Assembly (NCBI GenBank): GCA_023151275.1
Contig: JAKLJI010000001.1
Location: forward strand, 146,409-210,408
Length of the DNA stretch: 64,000 nucleotides
Source of the DNA: Bacteroidia bacterium
GTDB lineage: Bacteria; Bacteroidota; Bacteroidia; UKL13-3
Direction: 5' to 3'
Part shown: positions 8,899 to 18,524 of the stretch, piece by piece
Layout: each line of letters begins with the position of its first letter
Numbering within the stretch: the first letter of the stretch is position 1
The notes under the pieces: model-generated
The model's database searches: none
The model's input: the letters and a program-made list of their open reading frames with translations, nothing else
Told to the model about the DNA's origin: nothing
Translations under genes and position numbers: made by a program

Positions 8899-9887
8899 GG
8901 CAATACAATTAATTTTAAGGTTTGAATGCTTGCATCGGCATGGATATGGCAAACATAAATGCCTGGTATTTCTGGTGCTGGAATATTCGGCTGATCCGGA
9001 CTCAAGGTATAAGCCTGAACCAATTTCCCTTGCCAATCAAACAACTCAAGTTGAACGGTTTTAGTGAGGCCTTGCAAACCAAGCGTACCCTGCTGTTGTA
9101 CGGGATTGGGATATACTGAAAAAGAGGGTCTGTTTATTTCTGAAACATTATCTATAACGATTTGGTGAATGGCCACAATGGCATCCAAATCAAAACCTGA
9201 AGAAGGAAAGGGTGTAGGCCAAGGATCGTTGATTAAAGAACCCGCTGCATCTCTGCTTCCGTAAGCAGGATTTATTGAACCTACCACATCGATAATTCTT
9301 ACGTATTGAATAACGTTTACATCCAATGAATCCTTAAGCTCTTCAAGGTCAAAAGGCGTACCGTAGCCTGCACTATATTTTCCGGCAAGGTTGTTCACCA
9401 ATGCCGGATTCATTCCTGTAAAATTATCCACCTGATTGAGGGTATCTACGAAAGAGCGAGGTGGGAAACGAAAAAACTGCTTCCCATCATTACTCACTTC
9501 AACAAATGCAAGCTCCATATGCCAGGATGAAGTACCTGGAATTTCAAAGCCATTTTCAAACACAGCAAAATCAAAACCAGGCCCATTCTTGATAGGATTG
9601 CGAAACCAGGCTACAGCCATGCCTCCATCGCCCAAACTTACCACACCATTTTCACCTGCTCTGCCAACTGCCGACAAAGAATCGCCAACGCTTGGAAAAC
9701 CAAGACTGCTGTCGGCAATATTGAGTAGGCCTCTCGATATCCAAACCGAATCTGCACCTAAAACCAATATACTGCTGTCTTTGTGAATGGCAGTTGAACC
9801 GGGCAATCCTGCTGCCGGTGCAAATTGAGCAAGCAGCGAAGCATTCAGCCCAAGAATTAGCAGGATCAGTGTTAAAAACTTTTTCAA
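8895..9887 (-). CDS. cell-surface protein with T9SS C-terminal sorting domain (B12 locus)
   Basis: TTG start 1 nt after the upstream stop. Signal peptide MKKFLTLILLILGLNASLLAQ. C-terminal Por_Secre_tail-like segment (FSVYPNPVQQQGTLGLQGL...LELFDWQGKLV...GIYVCHIHADASIQTLKLIV). Confidence 0.6.
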   Translation of the reverse strand: MKKFLTLILLILGLNASLLAQFAPAAGLPGSTAIHKDSSILVLGADSVWISRGLLNIADSSLGFPSVGDSLSAVGRAGENGVVSLGDGGMAVAWFRNPIKNGPGFDFAVFENGFEIPGTSSWHMELAFVEVSNDGKQFFRFPPRSFVDTLNQVDNFTGMNPALVNNLAGKYSAGYGTPFDLEELKDSLDVNVIQYVRIIDVVGSINPAYGSRDAAGSLINDPWPTPFPSSGFDLDAIVAIHQIVIDNVSEINRPSFSVYPNPVQQQGTLGLQGLTKTVQLELFDWQGKLVQAYTLSPDQPNIPAPEIPGIYVCHIHADASIQTLKLIVLP

Positions 9888-9888
9888 T

Positions 9889-10854
9889 TTAGTTCTTGAT
9901 GAATTTGCGACTATGTGTCAATTCCAGACCTTTCAAGGTGAGAATATAGCAACCTTGTGGCAATGAAGAAACAGAAATAACCTGCTCTTTTCCTTCCAAT
10001 AGCAAACGTCCACTTAGATCGCGAATCTCATAGCCTTTCAAAAATGCATCACCTTGAATAAACAACAACTCATTTGCCGGATTTGGGTAAACCGATAAGG
10101 CACTAAGTTTTTCTACTTCGTTTAATGTAGTTGGCGTATTGGCATCGAGCGTGGTAAAATTATCCAGGTAAACATAGGTTGGCGTATTGATTCCCCAATC
10201 GCCAATATCGCTTGAAGCAAATGTAATCTCCAAGCTATCGATGTCTTTAAGGGCACGCAAATCAACCCAAGTCCAATCTTTTAAAATATAGTCTTTGCTA
10301 TTGTCGGGATTTCTAAAATCGGCCAAATAAAACTCAATGGCTGTATCCGCTGGGTTACCATCTGCCTTCCAGGCACTGAAAGTAATTTTAAAGAAATCAG
10401 AATCGTTACCAGATGCTCCACCAAATTTCTTGGAGAACATAGATCCCAGCAACATGTCTTTGTAGGCATAAGTGCCATTGTTTACATAAACACCAGCCAC
10501 TTGTTTTCCTGAAGCCGAACCGGTTAATCGTATCTTTCCGGAACCATAAGTCAAACCAAAGGTTTTTGAACCCTGATGGCCGCTTCCACTGATAACGCTA
10601 TATTGATTGGTATAGCTGTTGGTCACCGTATCGTTCATGGTTGATGCTGCAAAACCATTCCAAAAATCGCCGGCAACGGTATCAAAGAAATTAACAAAAA
10701 AGGCATTGCCACTTTGGAAACCGCCGGAATGGTCAGCGCCGTTCCAATAGGAACTGTCTTTCAGGTTCAGGTTTTCAAAATCGGACACGGTTTGAGCATT
10801 GGCTACAAAACCAAGTTGCAAAGCAACTACAAGTAGAAGTACAAATTTTCTCAT
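9889..10854 (-). CDS. T9SS C-terminal-domain surface protein, possibly DUF4465-like B12-locus accessory protein
   Basis: ATG 10854 gives the signal MRKFVLLLVVALQLGFVANAQ. C-terminal T9SS type A tail (LSVYPNPANELLFIQG...GCYILTLKG). Follows btuB with a 4-nt gap. The DUF4465 assignment is from memory of typical btuB neighbourhoods and is not verified. Confidence 0.5.
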   Translation of the reverse strand: MRKFVLLLVVALQLGFVANAQTVSDFENLNLKDSSYWNGADHSGGFQSGNAFFVNFFDTVAGDFWNGFAASTMNDTVTNSYTNQYSVISGSGHQGSKTFGLTYGSGKIRLTGSASGKQVAGVYVNNGTYAYKDMLLGSMFSKKFGGASGNDSDFFKITFSAWKADGNPADTAIEFYLADFRNPDNSKDYILKDWTWVDLRALKDIDSLEITFASSDIGDWGINTPTYVYLDNFTTLDANTPTTLNEVEKLSALSVYPNPANELLFIQGDAFLKGYEIRDLSGRLLLEGKEQVISVSSLPQGCYILTLKGLELTHSRKFIKN

Positions 10855-10858
10855 GGTA

Positions 10859-12721
10859 TTAAATGGAATAAATAAGTTGAACAAGAAAAGAGCGGCCGGG
10901 CATGGGCCTGTTGAGCATAATTGCATAGGTTGTATCAAACAGGTTTCGACATGCTAGGTCGAGCTGGAACCTGTGTCTATGTACGTTGAAGTTAGCAGAT
11001 GCACGCAAATCAGCCAGGAGATAATCCTGAAGAGCATTTGCATTATCCGTGCTGGTATAGCGTTGTCCGGTATAGGTTTGAAGCCAACTCAGCGAGAAGT
11101 TTCGATATCCGGCAATTACCAAAAAATTATGCCTTACCCGAGGAACATAAATCAATTGTTTTCCATAGCTATCATCATTCGGATTGCTCAAATTTATCGA
11201 GCGTAACACTTCATGATTGCCTTGCAAGCGAACCCAGGTTTTTGCATTTCTCCATGATGCTTTCCAAATAAATTCCAGGCCATAAGCTTCAGCTTGTTTT
11301 AGGTTTTCAACCTGAGGGAAGGAAGCACCGGGAATCCAGACAATTAAATTCTTTGTTAGTCGATGGAAGCCATTCAAGGACAGATTAAAGATTGATGAAG
11401 CGTTTTCTACGCCCAACTCAGAATTTGAACTTCTTTCGGGTAATAAATTGGGGTTTCCTCCCGGACTCCAAAACAAATCATTCAGGGTAGGTACACGATA
11501 GGCCAAGGCCCAGGAACCTCTTACATGAAGGCCTTTCATGAGCTGAAAATTCAGGCCAATTGCAGGCAAAAGAGGAACCGCAGAAAATGAATTTAGTTCT
11601 TTGCGGAGGCTTAACTGACTGCGAAACTTTCCTTTCAACCAACCCGATTCAAGGGAGGAAAAAAAAGCTAGTTGATTGAGTTCTCCTGAACCAGAATAGG
11701 AACTATTTGTTCCTTTTGAATAGTTCCATTGCAAACCGGAAATAAGTTTGTGATTGTGATAAACAAAACTTTGATCGATGGCCTGAATAAATTGCCTCGC
11801 CTGACTATACGCAGGATTAGACCTAAAGGCCGTAAACCACATCAATTCATTAAAAAATGCTGACCTGAAATTCCATTGCCAATTTCTGTGTTGAATCTGA
11901 TAATCGGCGCTCAGGCGAAGCAGTTTATCTTCTTGGGAAGATGGGGTTGAATTGCTTTCGAGTACCGCCGGTATTTGCCTTTGGCTTGCCTGAAGCCAAG
12001 AATGAAATTCCAGCTTATGATTGGCTTTAGGTACAAAACGAATGTCCTGCATCCAGGCTTGGGTTTCAAGTTCGGCATGTTGGGTTTCCTGGGATTGAAC
12101 CGGAAACAAAAGCGTATTTAAAAAAGGATAATTATTGCGTGCTTTGCGGTGATAGAATTTTTGCTTGACTTGAAACCGCGTTTGAGCCCAAGAAGTCTTC
12201 AAGCCCTTCGCATAATCGCCAAATGAAGCGGCACTTAGAAGAACATCTGCATGAAATCCTGTATCTGCTTTTTGATTTTGGAGGTAAATGGCGCCACTAA
12301 CCTGTCCGCTTCCGTACAAAGCCGCCTGCGAGCCATATTGAACCTGAACTTTATCTGTTAAAAAAGCAGGAAACAAACTCAAATCAACCTGGCCCAACAT
12401 GGCATGATTCAAACTAAAGCCATTCCAAACCACAGCGGTTTGAGCAGCCGAACCACCGCGAAAACCCGGGCTAGCCAGCTGAGAAGGGCCAGCTTGCTTT
12501 ACAAAAACACCTGAATGCGCGGAAAGAAGTTGTTCTAAATTTGAAGCCGCATGGAAGCGGTACAAAAGCGTGTCCGTTTCTTGAACAAACAACCCATTGG
12601 GTTTGGTTCCAAAGCGCATGGCTGTAACTTCATGCTCGGGGAGTGCACGCGCAGAATCTTTCTGAGCCAAGAGTGTGGCTGAGAAAACAAGTTGCGTACA
12701 GATAAATAGCATTCTCCTCAT
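10859..12721 (-). CDS. btuB: TonB-dependent outer-membrane receptor, BtuB-like (vitamin B12 transporter)
   Basis: 620 aa, BtuB-sized. Signal peptide, plug region (GFRGGSAAQTAVVWNGFSLNH), barrel, C-terminal aromatic residue. First gene downstream of the cobalamin riboswitch. Confidence 0.75.
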   Translation of the reverse strand: MRRMLFICTQLVFSATLLAQKDSARALPEHEVTAMRFGTKPNGLFVQETDTLLYRFHAASNLEQLLSAHSGVFVKQAGPSQLASPGFRGGSAAQTAVVWNGFSLNHAMLGQVDLSLFPAFLTDKVQVQYGSQAALYGSGQVSGAIYLQNQKADTGFHADVLLSAASFGDYAKGLKTSWAQTRFQVKQKFYHRKARNNYPFLNTLLFPVQSQETQHAELETQAWMQDIRFVPKANHKLEFHSWLQASQRQIPAVLESNSTPSSQEDKLLRLSADYQIQHRNWQWNFRSAFFNELMWFTAFRSNPAYSQARQFIQAIDQSFVYHNHKLISGLQWNYSKGTNSSYSGSGELNQLAFFSSLESGWLKGKFRSQLSLRKELNSFSAVPLLPAIGLNFQLMKGLHVRGSWALAYRVPTLNDLFWSPGGNPNLLPERSSNSELGVENASSIFNLSLNGFHRLTKNLIVWIPGASFPQVENLKQAEAYGLEFIWKASWRNAKTWVRLQGNHEVLRSINLSNPNDDSYGKQLIYVPRVRHNFLVIAGYRNFSLSWLQTYTGQRYTSTDNANALQDYLLADLRASANFNVHRHRFQLDLACRNLFDTTYAIMLNRPMPGRSFLVQLIYSI

Positions 12722-12794
12722 TGTGCATAGTTGTTACCATGGCTAGGAGCAGGTGTAATGATGCGAAAAATCGCCAAGCGAATCAATCGGACCA

Positions 12795-12978
12795 TTGCAG
12801 CTTTTATTCCCGAAAGCCATTGGTTGGTTGCATGCGGCAGGTCTTCTGACTTACACCGTTTCTTTCGGCCTTCCCATCTAAAACAAAATCAGACAGTGGC
12901 AATACGTGAAAGAAACATTCTGGTGCTTACAGCAGCGGGTACTGTCGAGGAATTTCACCTCTGTTCCCTTTTCATCCT
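12795..12978 (-). ncRNA. cobalamin (AdoCbl) riboswitch
   Basis: Minus-strand read: AAAAGGGAACAGAGGTGAAATTCCTCGACAGTACCCGCTGCTGTAAGCACCAGAATG...GCCACTGTCTGATTTTGTTTTAGATGGGAAGGCCGAAAGAAACGGTGTAAGTCAGAAGACCTGCCGCATGC. It contains the GGTG..AA..TCC element, GCCACTG, and a B12 box AGTCAGAAGACCTGCC matching the consensus rAGYCMGgAgaCCkGCc. Located 5' of btuB. The predicted plus-strand ORF 12731-13051 is antisense to it and is spurious. Confidence 0.8.
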
Positions 12979-13087
12979 GTTGCTTCAAACAGGAACCGAA
13001 TGCATTGCAAAAATAAGTCAGCCTGTACAGGAAACAAGAAAAGAAATTTAAAACTCCGTAACTGGCTGTGAATACAGGCCAAGAAAA

Positions 13088-14518
13088 TTATTCGCCCTCG
13101 TAAGCTCCAATACTTGGATTGCTGGTGCTTCTAAACCGGTTTTTCAAGTCGCGTTGCGTCCCGGTGGGCGTTCCGGCTCCACGGCAACGGCTTCCGGCAC
13201 GTAAATCAAAATCAAACTTAAAAGCATCTTTAAAGCCTGGGTCAGTGTTGAGGATATTTCCACCCACGGCCAAATTTCCGTTTAAGGTTTTGAAGAGATT
13301 ATTTTTCAATTCGCCGTGGGTAATTGGCAAACCATCATTATCGGAATAGATAAGTACTTCATCATCTAAATTCCCGACGATAATGTTATTTCTCACCTGA
13401 AAATTCAATGGAATTTTGAATTGAATAGTTCCGTTTAAATCGCGGGATGGTGCATTGCTCAAATAAAAACCGGGCTCTTTGCGCGCAGCCCCGGTATTGC
13501 CAATGTAAAATGTATTGTGACTAAGTTCATAAGTCCCTCCAAGTTCTCCAATAAATGAGAACAAGCCGGGATTGGCAATTAGGTTATTTTCTGCTTTGAT
13601 ATGGGCTGAATAATTTAATAAACCAACCGCACTCATGTTGCGGATAATGCTCTGTTCGAGAATTAATCCGGGTTGATTATTTTCAGGCAATGAATCCACC
13701 TCAATGCCAATATAGCCATTCCGAATAATTGCACCCGAAATGCGGTTATTGATACTCCCTTTCAAAAAGCGAATTCCAATCCATTGGCCGGGTAACTCTT
13801 TGTAATCATCATCTAGCCGGCTTCCTTCAAACACCACGGGATTTTCGGGTGTACCATTCACAATTAAGGTGCCTGCTACCAGAAAACAGGAACGGTTGTA
13901 GTTGTAAATATGTGCACCGGCATCTATGGTTAAGGTGCAGCCTTTGGGAACCAGAATAGAATCATAAATTACATAAGGCTTGGTCGCTGTCCAGAATAGG
14001 GATGAGCTTGCACAATCCAACACATAATTTTGATAGTAATTTGCATCCTGAGCCCAGGCAACCAAATCTACATCCTGATTACTTCCATTGGTTTCAAACA
14101 GAATCTGGTCGGTAACAATAAAGGGCGTATTGCTATTTACCTGGTCGATATAAGCCTGAACAAAAATGTAGATAGAATCGCCTGCAGGAATTTCAATATC
14201 GGAAAATGCCGAACCTGAACGCCCATCTACATTCAGCCTAAAAATTCCATACGGATTGCCCGCCAGTTTAATATTGGTTTTCACCGATTCGCTTGCCGGA
14301 TTGGTAACCCGAACCTGAAGGGTGATACTTCTGGGATTAACAACAACTGTATCGTTTTGAACCAATTTTGAAAATATCGTATCAAAAAAAACAGTATCGG
14401 TTGAAAAACGAAGTGTTACCGGAGAACTGGTAAATATTTCCTTTTTCCGGCAAGACGTCCAAACCAGGCTAATGAGAATCAGCAGACCAACTAGATGAGC
14501 AAATTTTTTCAAGTTCAC
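13088..14518 (-). CDS. right-handed parallel beta-helix repeat lipoprotein
   Basis: GTG start. Lipoprotein signal (LILISLVWTSC). Repeated (I/V)xNNxI, NxxxG beta-helix rungs (RNNIIVGN, ENNLIANPG, ISGAIIRNGYIGIEV). Confidence 0.55.
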   Translation of the reverse strand: MNLKKFAHLVGLLILISLVWTSCRKKEIFTSSPVTLRFSTDTVFFDTIFSKLVQNDTVVVNPRSITLQVRVTNPASESVKTNIKLAGNPYGIFRLNVDGRSGSAFSDIEIPAGDSIYIFVQAYIDQVNSNTPFIVTDQILFETNGSNQDVDLVAWAQDANYYQNYVLDCASSSLFWTATKPYVIYDSILVPKGCTLTIDAGAHIYNYNRSCFLVAGTLIVNGTPENPVVFEGSRLDDDYKELPGQWIGIRFLKGSINNRISGAIIRNGYIGIEVDSLPENNQPGLILEQSIIRNMSAVGLLNYSAHIKAENNLIANPGLFSFIGELGGTYELSHNTFYIGNTGAARKEPGFYLSNAPSRDLNGTIQFKIPLNFQVRNNIIVGNLDDEVLIYSDNDGLPITHGELKNNLFKTLNGNLAVGGNILNTDPGFKDAFKFDFDLRAGSRCRGAGTPTGTQRDLKNRFRSTSNPSIGAYEGE

Positions 14519-14577
14519 AATTATACAGGAAATTAGGAGAAGGCATAACGCGCCCCCTATGCGATTGTTGTTTCAAG

Positions 14578-15000
14578 TTAGATGGAATAGCGTTCCCGAA
14601 TCCAATCGGGAACCAGTGCAGCTCTGCCATTTTCCAGATTTATCATGGTGTAATTGAAATAACCCGAGCAGGAAGATTTTCCATTTTCCTTCAGAATTTC
14701 AAACTGAACCTTCACGCCATCCTTCTGCATTTCATCAATCCAGGTAATGATTTTCATGGTTTCTCCCAACAACAAAGGCCGTTTAAATTCCATGAAAGTA
14801 TTTCGAATAACCCAACCAAAACCATGTTTTAAAAACTCCTGCATGGGCATTTTGTAACAGCGAGCCATTTGATCAAAACGTGCAGCAAGCACATAATCCA
14901 TATAGCGGCTTGAGTGCACATGCTGATTCATATCTATATCATCAGGCCTAACCTGAAGCAGCGTTTCAAAACGTGTTTTATTTAATTCCATGAAGGGCAA
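14578..15000 (-). CDS. acyl-CoA thioesterase, hotdog fold (YbgC/4HBT-like)
   Basis: 140 aa. RPDDIDMNQHVHSSRYMDYV matches the 4HBT active-site region (D..NxHVNN..Y). Confidence 0.7.
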   Translation of the reverse strand: MPFMELNKTRFETLLQVRPDDIDMNQHVHSSRYMDYVLAARFDQMARCYKMPMQEFLKHGFGWVIRNTFMEFKRPLLLGETMKIITWIDEMQKDGVKVQFEILKENGKSSCSGYFNYTMINLENGRAALVPDWIRERYSI

Positions 15001-15150
15001 AGGTAAATTTTGAGACCCTAAAAAAACGTTTCAGGCAACTTTCGGTTTAAAATAGGGGTCTATTACGAAATTGATTTTTTCCCCTGAGCACAATTTGTTA
15101 AGTTTGATTTTCTGAAACGCCTGTTTTTCATAGCACTACTCGCTTTTCCT

Positions 15151-17823
15151 TTGCTTGGAAATGCATCCCATCTGGTTGGAGGCGCATTTACTGTACGCCA
15201 TTTGGGCGGAACGAGTTATGAAATTGTGTTGCGGGTAATTCGCGATTGTGAAAATGGTTCTCCCGGCGCCTATTTTGATATTCCCCTTTCAGTTGGCTTG
15301 TTTGAAAAAGGCTCCAACATCCGAAAACAGGTTATCAATCTTGATTTTATTGACGATGATACCCTGAGTTTTACCGGTTTCAACTGTCCCAATATTGTAA
15401 CCGGCTGCACCCATATTGGGACTTACAGGAAGGTTGTCAATTTACCAGACCTCAATTACGGAAGCTCTGGCGGATATTACTTGTCGTGGGAGCGTTGTTG
15501 CCGAAACGGCATTATCAACAACATTCAACGTCCCGGTGATGCTGCCATGGCTTTGTATGCTGAAATACCTCCACCCCGCTTTGTAAAAAACAGCACTCCG
15601 TATTATACCAACAATCCCAGAACCTTGATGTGCGTGAACAACTTGTTTAAGTACAACATGGATTTTGTGGATGATGATAACGACAACCTCAAATACACCT
15701 TAATCACACCGGTAAATGGAAATCTTGATCGTCAAACATTTGACAACAAAGGGAATCCAAGTTCCGGACCTTATACTTCCGTTAATTGGGGACCGGGATA
15801 TAGCAGTGGCAATGCCATCAACGGACAACTACCGCTAAAAATCGACCCAAACACGGGAGAAATAACTTGTATTCCTTCGAGCCCGGGAATTTATGTTGCC
15901 TGTATTTTGGTTGAAGAGTTTAGGTTCGGAATAAAAATAGGAGAAGTTCGGCTTGAACTGCAATTCACCGTAACCATTTGCCCCAACAATCCGCCGGTAT
16001 CCTCGGTTATTCAAATCAACAATATTCCACTACTTACAGATACCCTCGAAATTGAAGTTGGAAACCCTAGCTGCTTATCCATTAGCTCTGTTGACCCGGA
16101 AAAGGATTCCATTTATCTGCGTATCAGTTCGCCCATCATGGACTCCAATTTCACGGAACTTCCCACCTTCGACACACTAACAAAAGGAATTGGTTTGGTT
16201 AGCACACCTTTCTGCTTGAAACCTTCTTGCGAGCACCTACGCCTTCAACGGCCATTTCCTGTTACCATCATTGCAACCGATAATGCCTGCCCCATCAACC
16301 AACAAAGCCAGAAGATTTTTTGGGTTCGGGTAATAGAAAGTGGCGTTCCGGTACTTACCTTGTTTGATGACAACAACAACCTGGTAAATGGAGACACATT
16401 GGAAACTGAGGTGGATAAGCAATTGTGCGTAAATATACGCGCTGTAGATGTTCGCGATCCCGTTTACTTGAAAGTTAGAAGCTCGGTTGATGGATTAAAC
16501 TTTACACGGCTTCCAAGTTTTGATACCTTAAGTTTAGGACAAAAACAGGCTGAAACCCGCTTCTGCCTGACTCCCGGTTGCGACTACCAAAAATTAGATA
16601 AACCCTTTCTGGTTTGGGCTGAAACTGGCGACCAACTTTGTCCCGACAGTAAGATTGTACGCGATTCGTTTTGGGTGCGCATCAATCCCCTGCCATTGGT
16701 TCCATCAACAGATTTGCTATGCATGACCTTGGCCAATAACCAGGAAACCTACATTTACTGGGGGGATTCAAGCCAGAAAAACGACCCCAATTTTTTGTAC
16801 TATGTGTTATTCCGTTCAATAAATGGGATGGCTCCGCAGGCTGTTGATACCATAAGAAGCAAGACTCAGCGGTTCTTTCACGACAAAAACACACCCGATT
16901 ATGCCAATATCAACTACCGGTACTTTATGGTCGGTTACAATCAGTGCGGCATTCCCGGAGCTAGTTCAGACAGCTTAGGAACCTTTGAGCAACTCAAGTA
17001 CATTCCCGATCAGCAACTTTTGAATACGGTGAGTGTTGAAAACAAAAAATCAATCCGAATCAATTGGGAACCAAGCAAGGAAAACGATTTTGCCAAATAC
17101 TACCTCTACAAATCCAAAAAAGGTGGCAGCTTTGATTTGATTAAAACCTTTGAAGAGCAAGTTGACAATACCTGGCTGGATGAGGACGTGGAAGTAAATC
17201 GATTTTCGTATTGCTATCATTTGGTGATGCAAGACACCTGCGACAACATGGGGCCTATGGGCCGAATTTCGTGCACCGTACTGTTAAATGGGGAAGCAAA
17301 ATTGTTTCGGAATGATCTTGCCTGGAGCGATTATGTAGGTTGGACAGAAGGCGTTGAACGGTACGAAATCCTGAGAGAAGACCCCGCAACAAGTCAGACA
17401 GCTATTGGCAGCAATGCTGGAAATCAATACATTGATGATAAACTTAATCTGGAAGAAGGATTATTCCATTATACCATTCGTGCCCTTGAGAAAACAGATG
17501 CGAATTCACCTTTCTGGAGTTTATCCAATACCATTTCGCTGATACAGGAGCCGGGATTATTTGTACCCAATGCCTTTACAGCAAATGGAGACGCTTTGAA
17601 CGACAATTTTGCCTGGGTTCCTGTTTTTATAAAGGATTTTCACATTGAAATTTACTCGCGTTGGGGGGAATTGTTGTTTGAAACCGACGACAAACGCAGC
17701 CATTGGGATGGAAAAATTCACGGAACGCCCGCCGCCACCGACATTTACTTTTACAAGGTTCGATTTACAGGCTACAATGGCTATTCAGAAAGTCGCCATG
17801 GTAACTTTACCTTACTCCGCTAA
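15151..17823 (+). CDS. large surface protein with T9SS type B (gliding-motility-associated, CHU_C-type) C-terminal sorting domain
   Basis: The C-terminus (GLFVPNAFTANGDALNDNFAWVPVFIKDFHIEIYSRWGELLFETDD..WDGKIHG..YFYKVRFTGYNG) is the classic type B CTD. The annotated start is TTG. An in-frame upstream stretch from 15088 encodes a signal-like peptide but has no canonical start codon. Confidence 0.7.
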   Translation: MLGNASHLVGGAFTVRHLGGTSYEIVLRVIRDCENGSPGAYFDIPLSVGLFEKGSNIRKQVINLDFIDDDTLSFTGFNCPNIVTGCTHIGTYRKVVNLPDLNYGSSGGYYLSWERCCRNGIINNIQRPGDAAMALYAEIPPPRFVKNSTPYYTNNPRTLMCVNNLFKYNMDFVDDDNDNLKYTLITPVNGNLDRQTFDNKGNPSSGPYTSVNWGPGYSSGNAINGQLPLKIDPNTGEITCIPSSPGIYVACILVEEFRFGIKIGEVRLELQFTVTICPNNPPVSSVIQINNIPLLTDTLEIEVGNPSCLSISSVDPEKDSIYLRISSPIMDSNFTELPTFDTLTKGIGLVSTPFCLKPSCEHLRLQRPFPVTIIATDNACPINQQSQKIFWVRVIESGVPVLTLFDDNNNLVNGDTLETEVDKQLCVNIRAVDVRDPVYLKVRSSVDGLNFTRLPSFDTLSLGQKQAETRFCLTPGCDYQKLDKPFLVWAETGDQLCPDSKIVRDSFWVRINPLPLVPSTDLLCMTLANNQETYIYWGDSSQKNDPNFLYYVLFRSINGMAPQAVDTIRSKTQRFFHDKNTPDYANINYRYFMVGYNQCGIPGASSDSLGTFEQLKYIPDQQLLNTVSVENKKSIRINWEPSKENDFAKYYLYKSKKGGSFDLIKTFEEQVDNTWLDEDVEVNRFSYCYHLVMQDTCDNMGPMGRISCTVLLNGEAKLFRNDLAWSDYVGWTEGVERYEILREDPATSQTAIGSNAGNQYIDDKLNLEEGLFHYTIRALEKTDANSPFWSLSNTISLIQEPGLFVPNAFTANGDALNDNFAWVPVFIKDFHIEIYSRWGELLFETDDKRSHWDGKIHGTPAATDIYFYKVRFTGYNGYSESRHGNFTLLR

Positions 17824-18014
17824 GGGAAAAGAAGAATCGGGAAAAAATCCCAAAAATGTACGCCATCCCATTCTGAAACTAACTAAAAATCAAGAGGAAA
17901 ACGCATCTAACTGATAGTAAACTCTTTGCCTACAAAACTGAAGATTTAAAGCTGTATTAACCTGCAAAATGGAAAGAGGTTTCGTATTTTTACGCTCTAA
18001 AAAGAAGGATAACG

Positions 18015-18368
18015 ATGTCAGAAGATAATGCAGTTGTATTGGTTCGCAGAAAGAACATTCAAACCCTAATCGATTACTGTTTGGATACCCGTTTTGGGTT
18101 CACTGTAAATCCACGAGGTATTTCCAACGATGAATTTGAAGTGGAAGTAAACTTGGGAGGAATTAAGCAAGCGATTGCTTTTGGTATGTTTGCCCGCGAG
18201 AACAAATTGGAAGTAAGTGGCTTAGGCGAATTGGTAAAACCAAAAACCAGCCCTAAAAAGGCCGACTCTAAAGAAGCACTTCCAGTGCTCAATGAGCTAG
18301 CGGCTCCGGCTGAACCTGTAAAGGAAGAGCCCACCCTAAATTTCGACCTGAATATGAACAACAACTAG
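18015..18368 (+). CDS. hypothetical protein with Lys/Pro/Glu-rich low-complexity tail
   Basis: 117-aa ORF with a strong intrinsic terminator directly downstream. No recognisable family. Confidence 0.45.
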   Translation: MSEDNAVVLVRRKNIQTLIDYCLDTRFGFTVNPRGISNDEFEVEVNLGGIKQAIAFGMFARENKLEVSGLGELVKPKTSPKKADSKEALPVLNELAAPAEPVKEEPTLNFDLNMNNN

Positions 18369-18435
18369 GTTGTTGCCATACTAGGTTCAAAATTTCCGAA
18401 CCCGCCCCGCGGCAGGAAAATTTGATTGATTACAC

Positions 18436-18470
18436 AACATCAGGAGCTTCGGCTCCTGTTGTTGTTTTGG
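18436..18470 (+). terminator. rho-independent terminator (UUCG tetraloop)
   Basis: caacatcAGGAGC-ttcg-GCTCCTgttgttg followed by TTTTGG. Confidence 0.7.
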
Positions 18471-18524
18471 GGCTATTGAGAAAAGGGTTGGACAATTGCA
18501 AAAAATATCCCATCTTGAGCACGC

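Noticed and set aside
12731-13051. 106-aa plus-strand ORF upstream of btuB
   Set aside because: It lies entirely antisense to the cobalamin riboswitch (B12 box at 12836-12851 on the minus strand). It has no start context or homology and is a spurious ORF.
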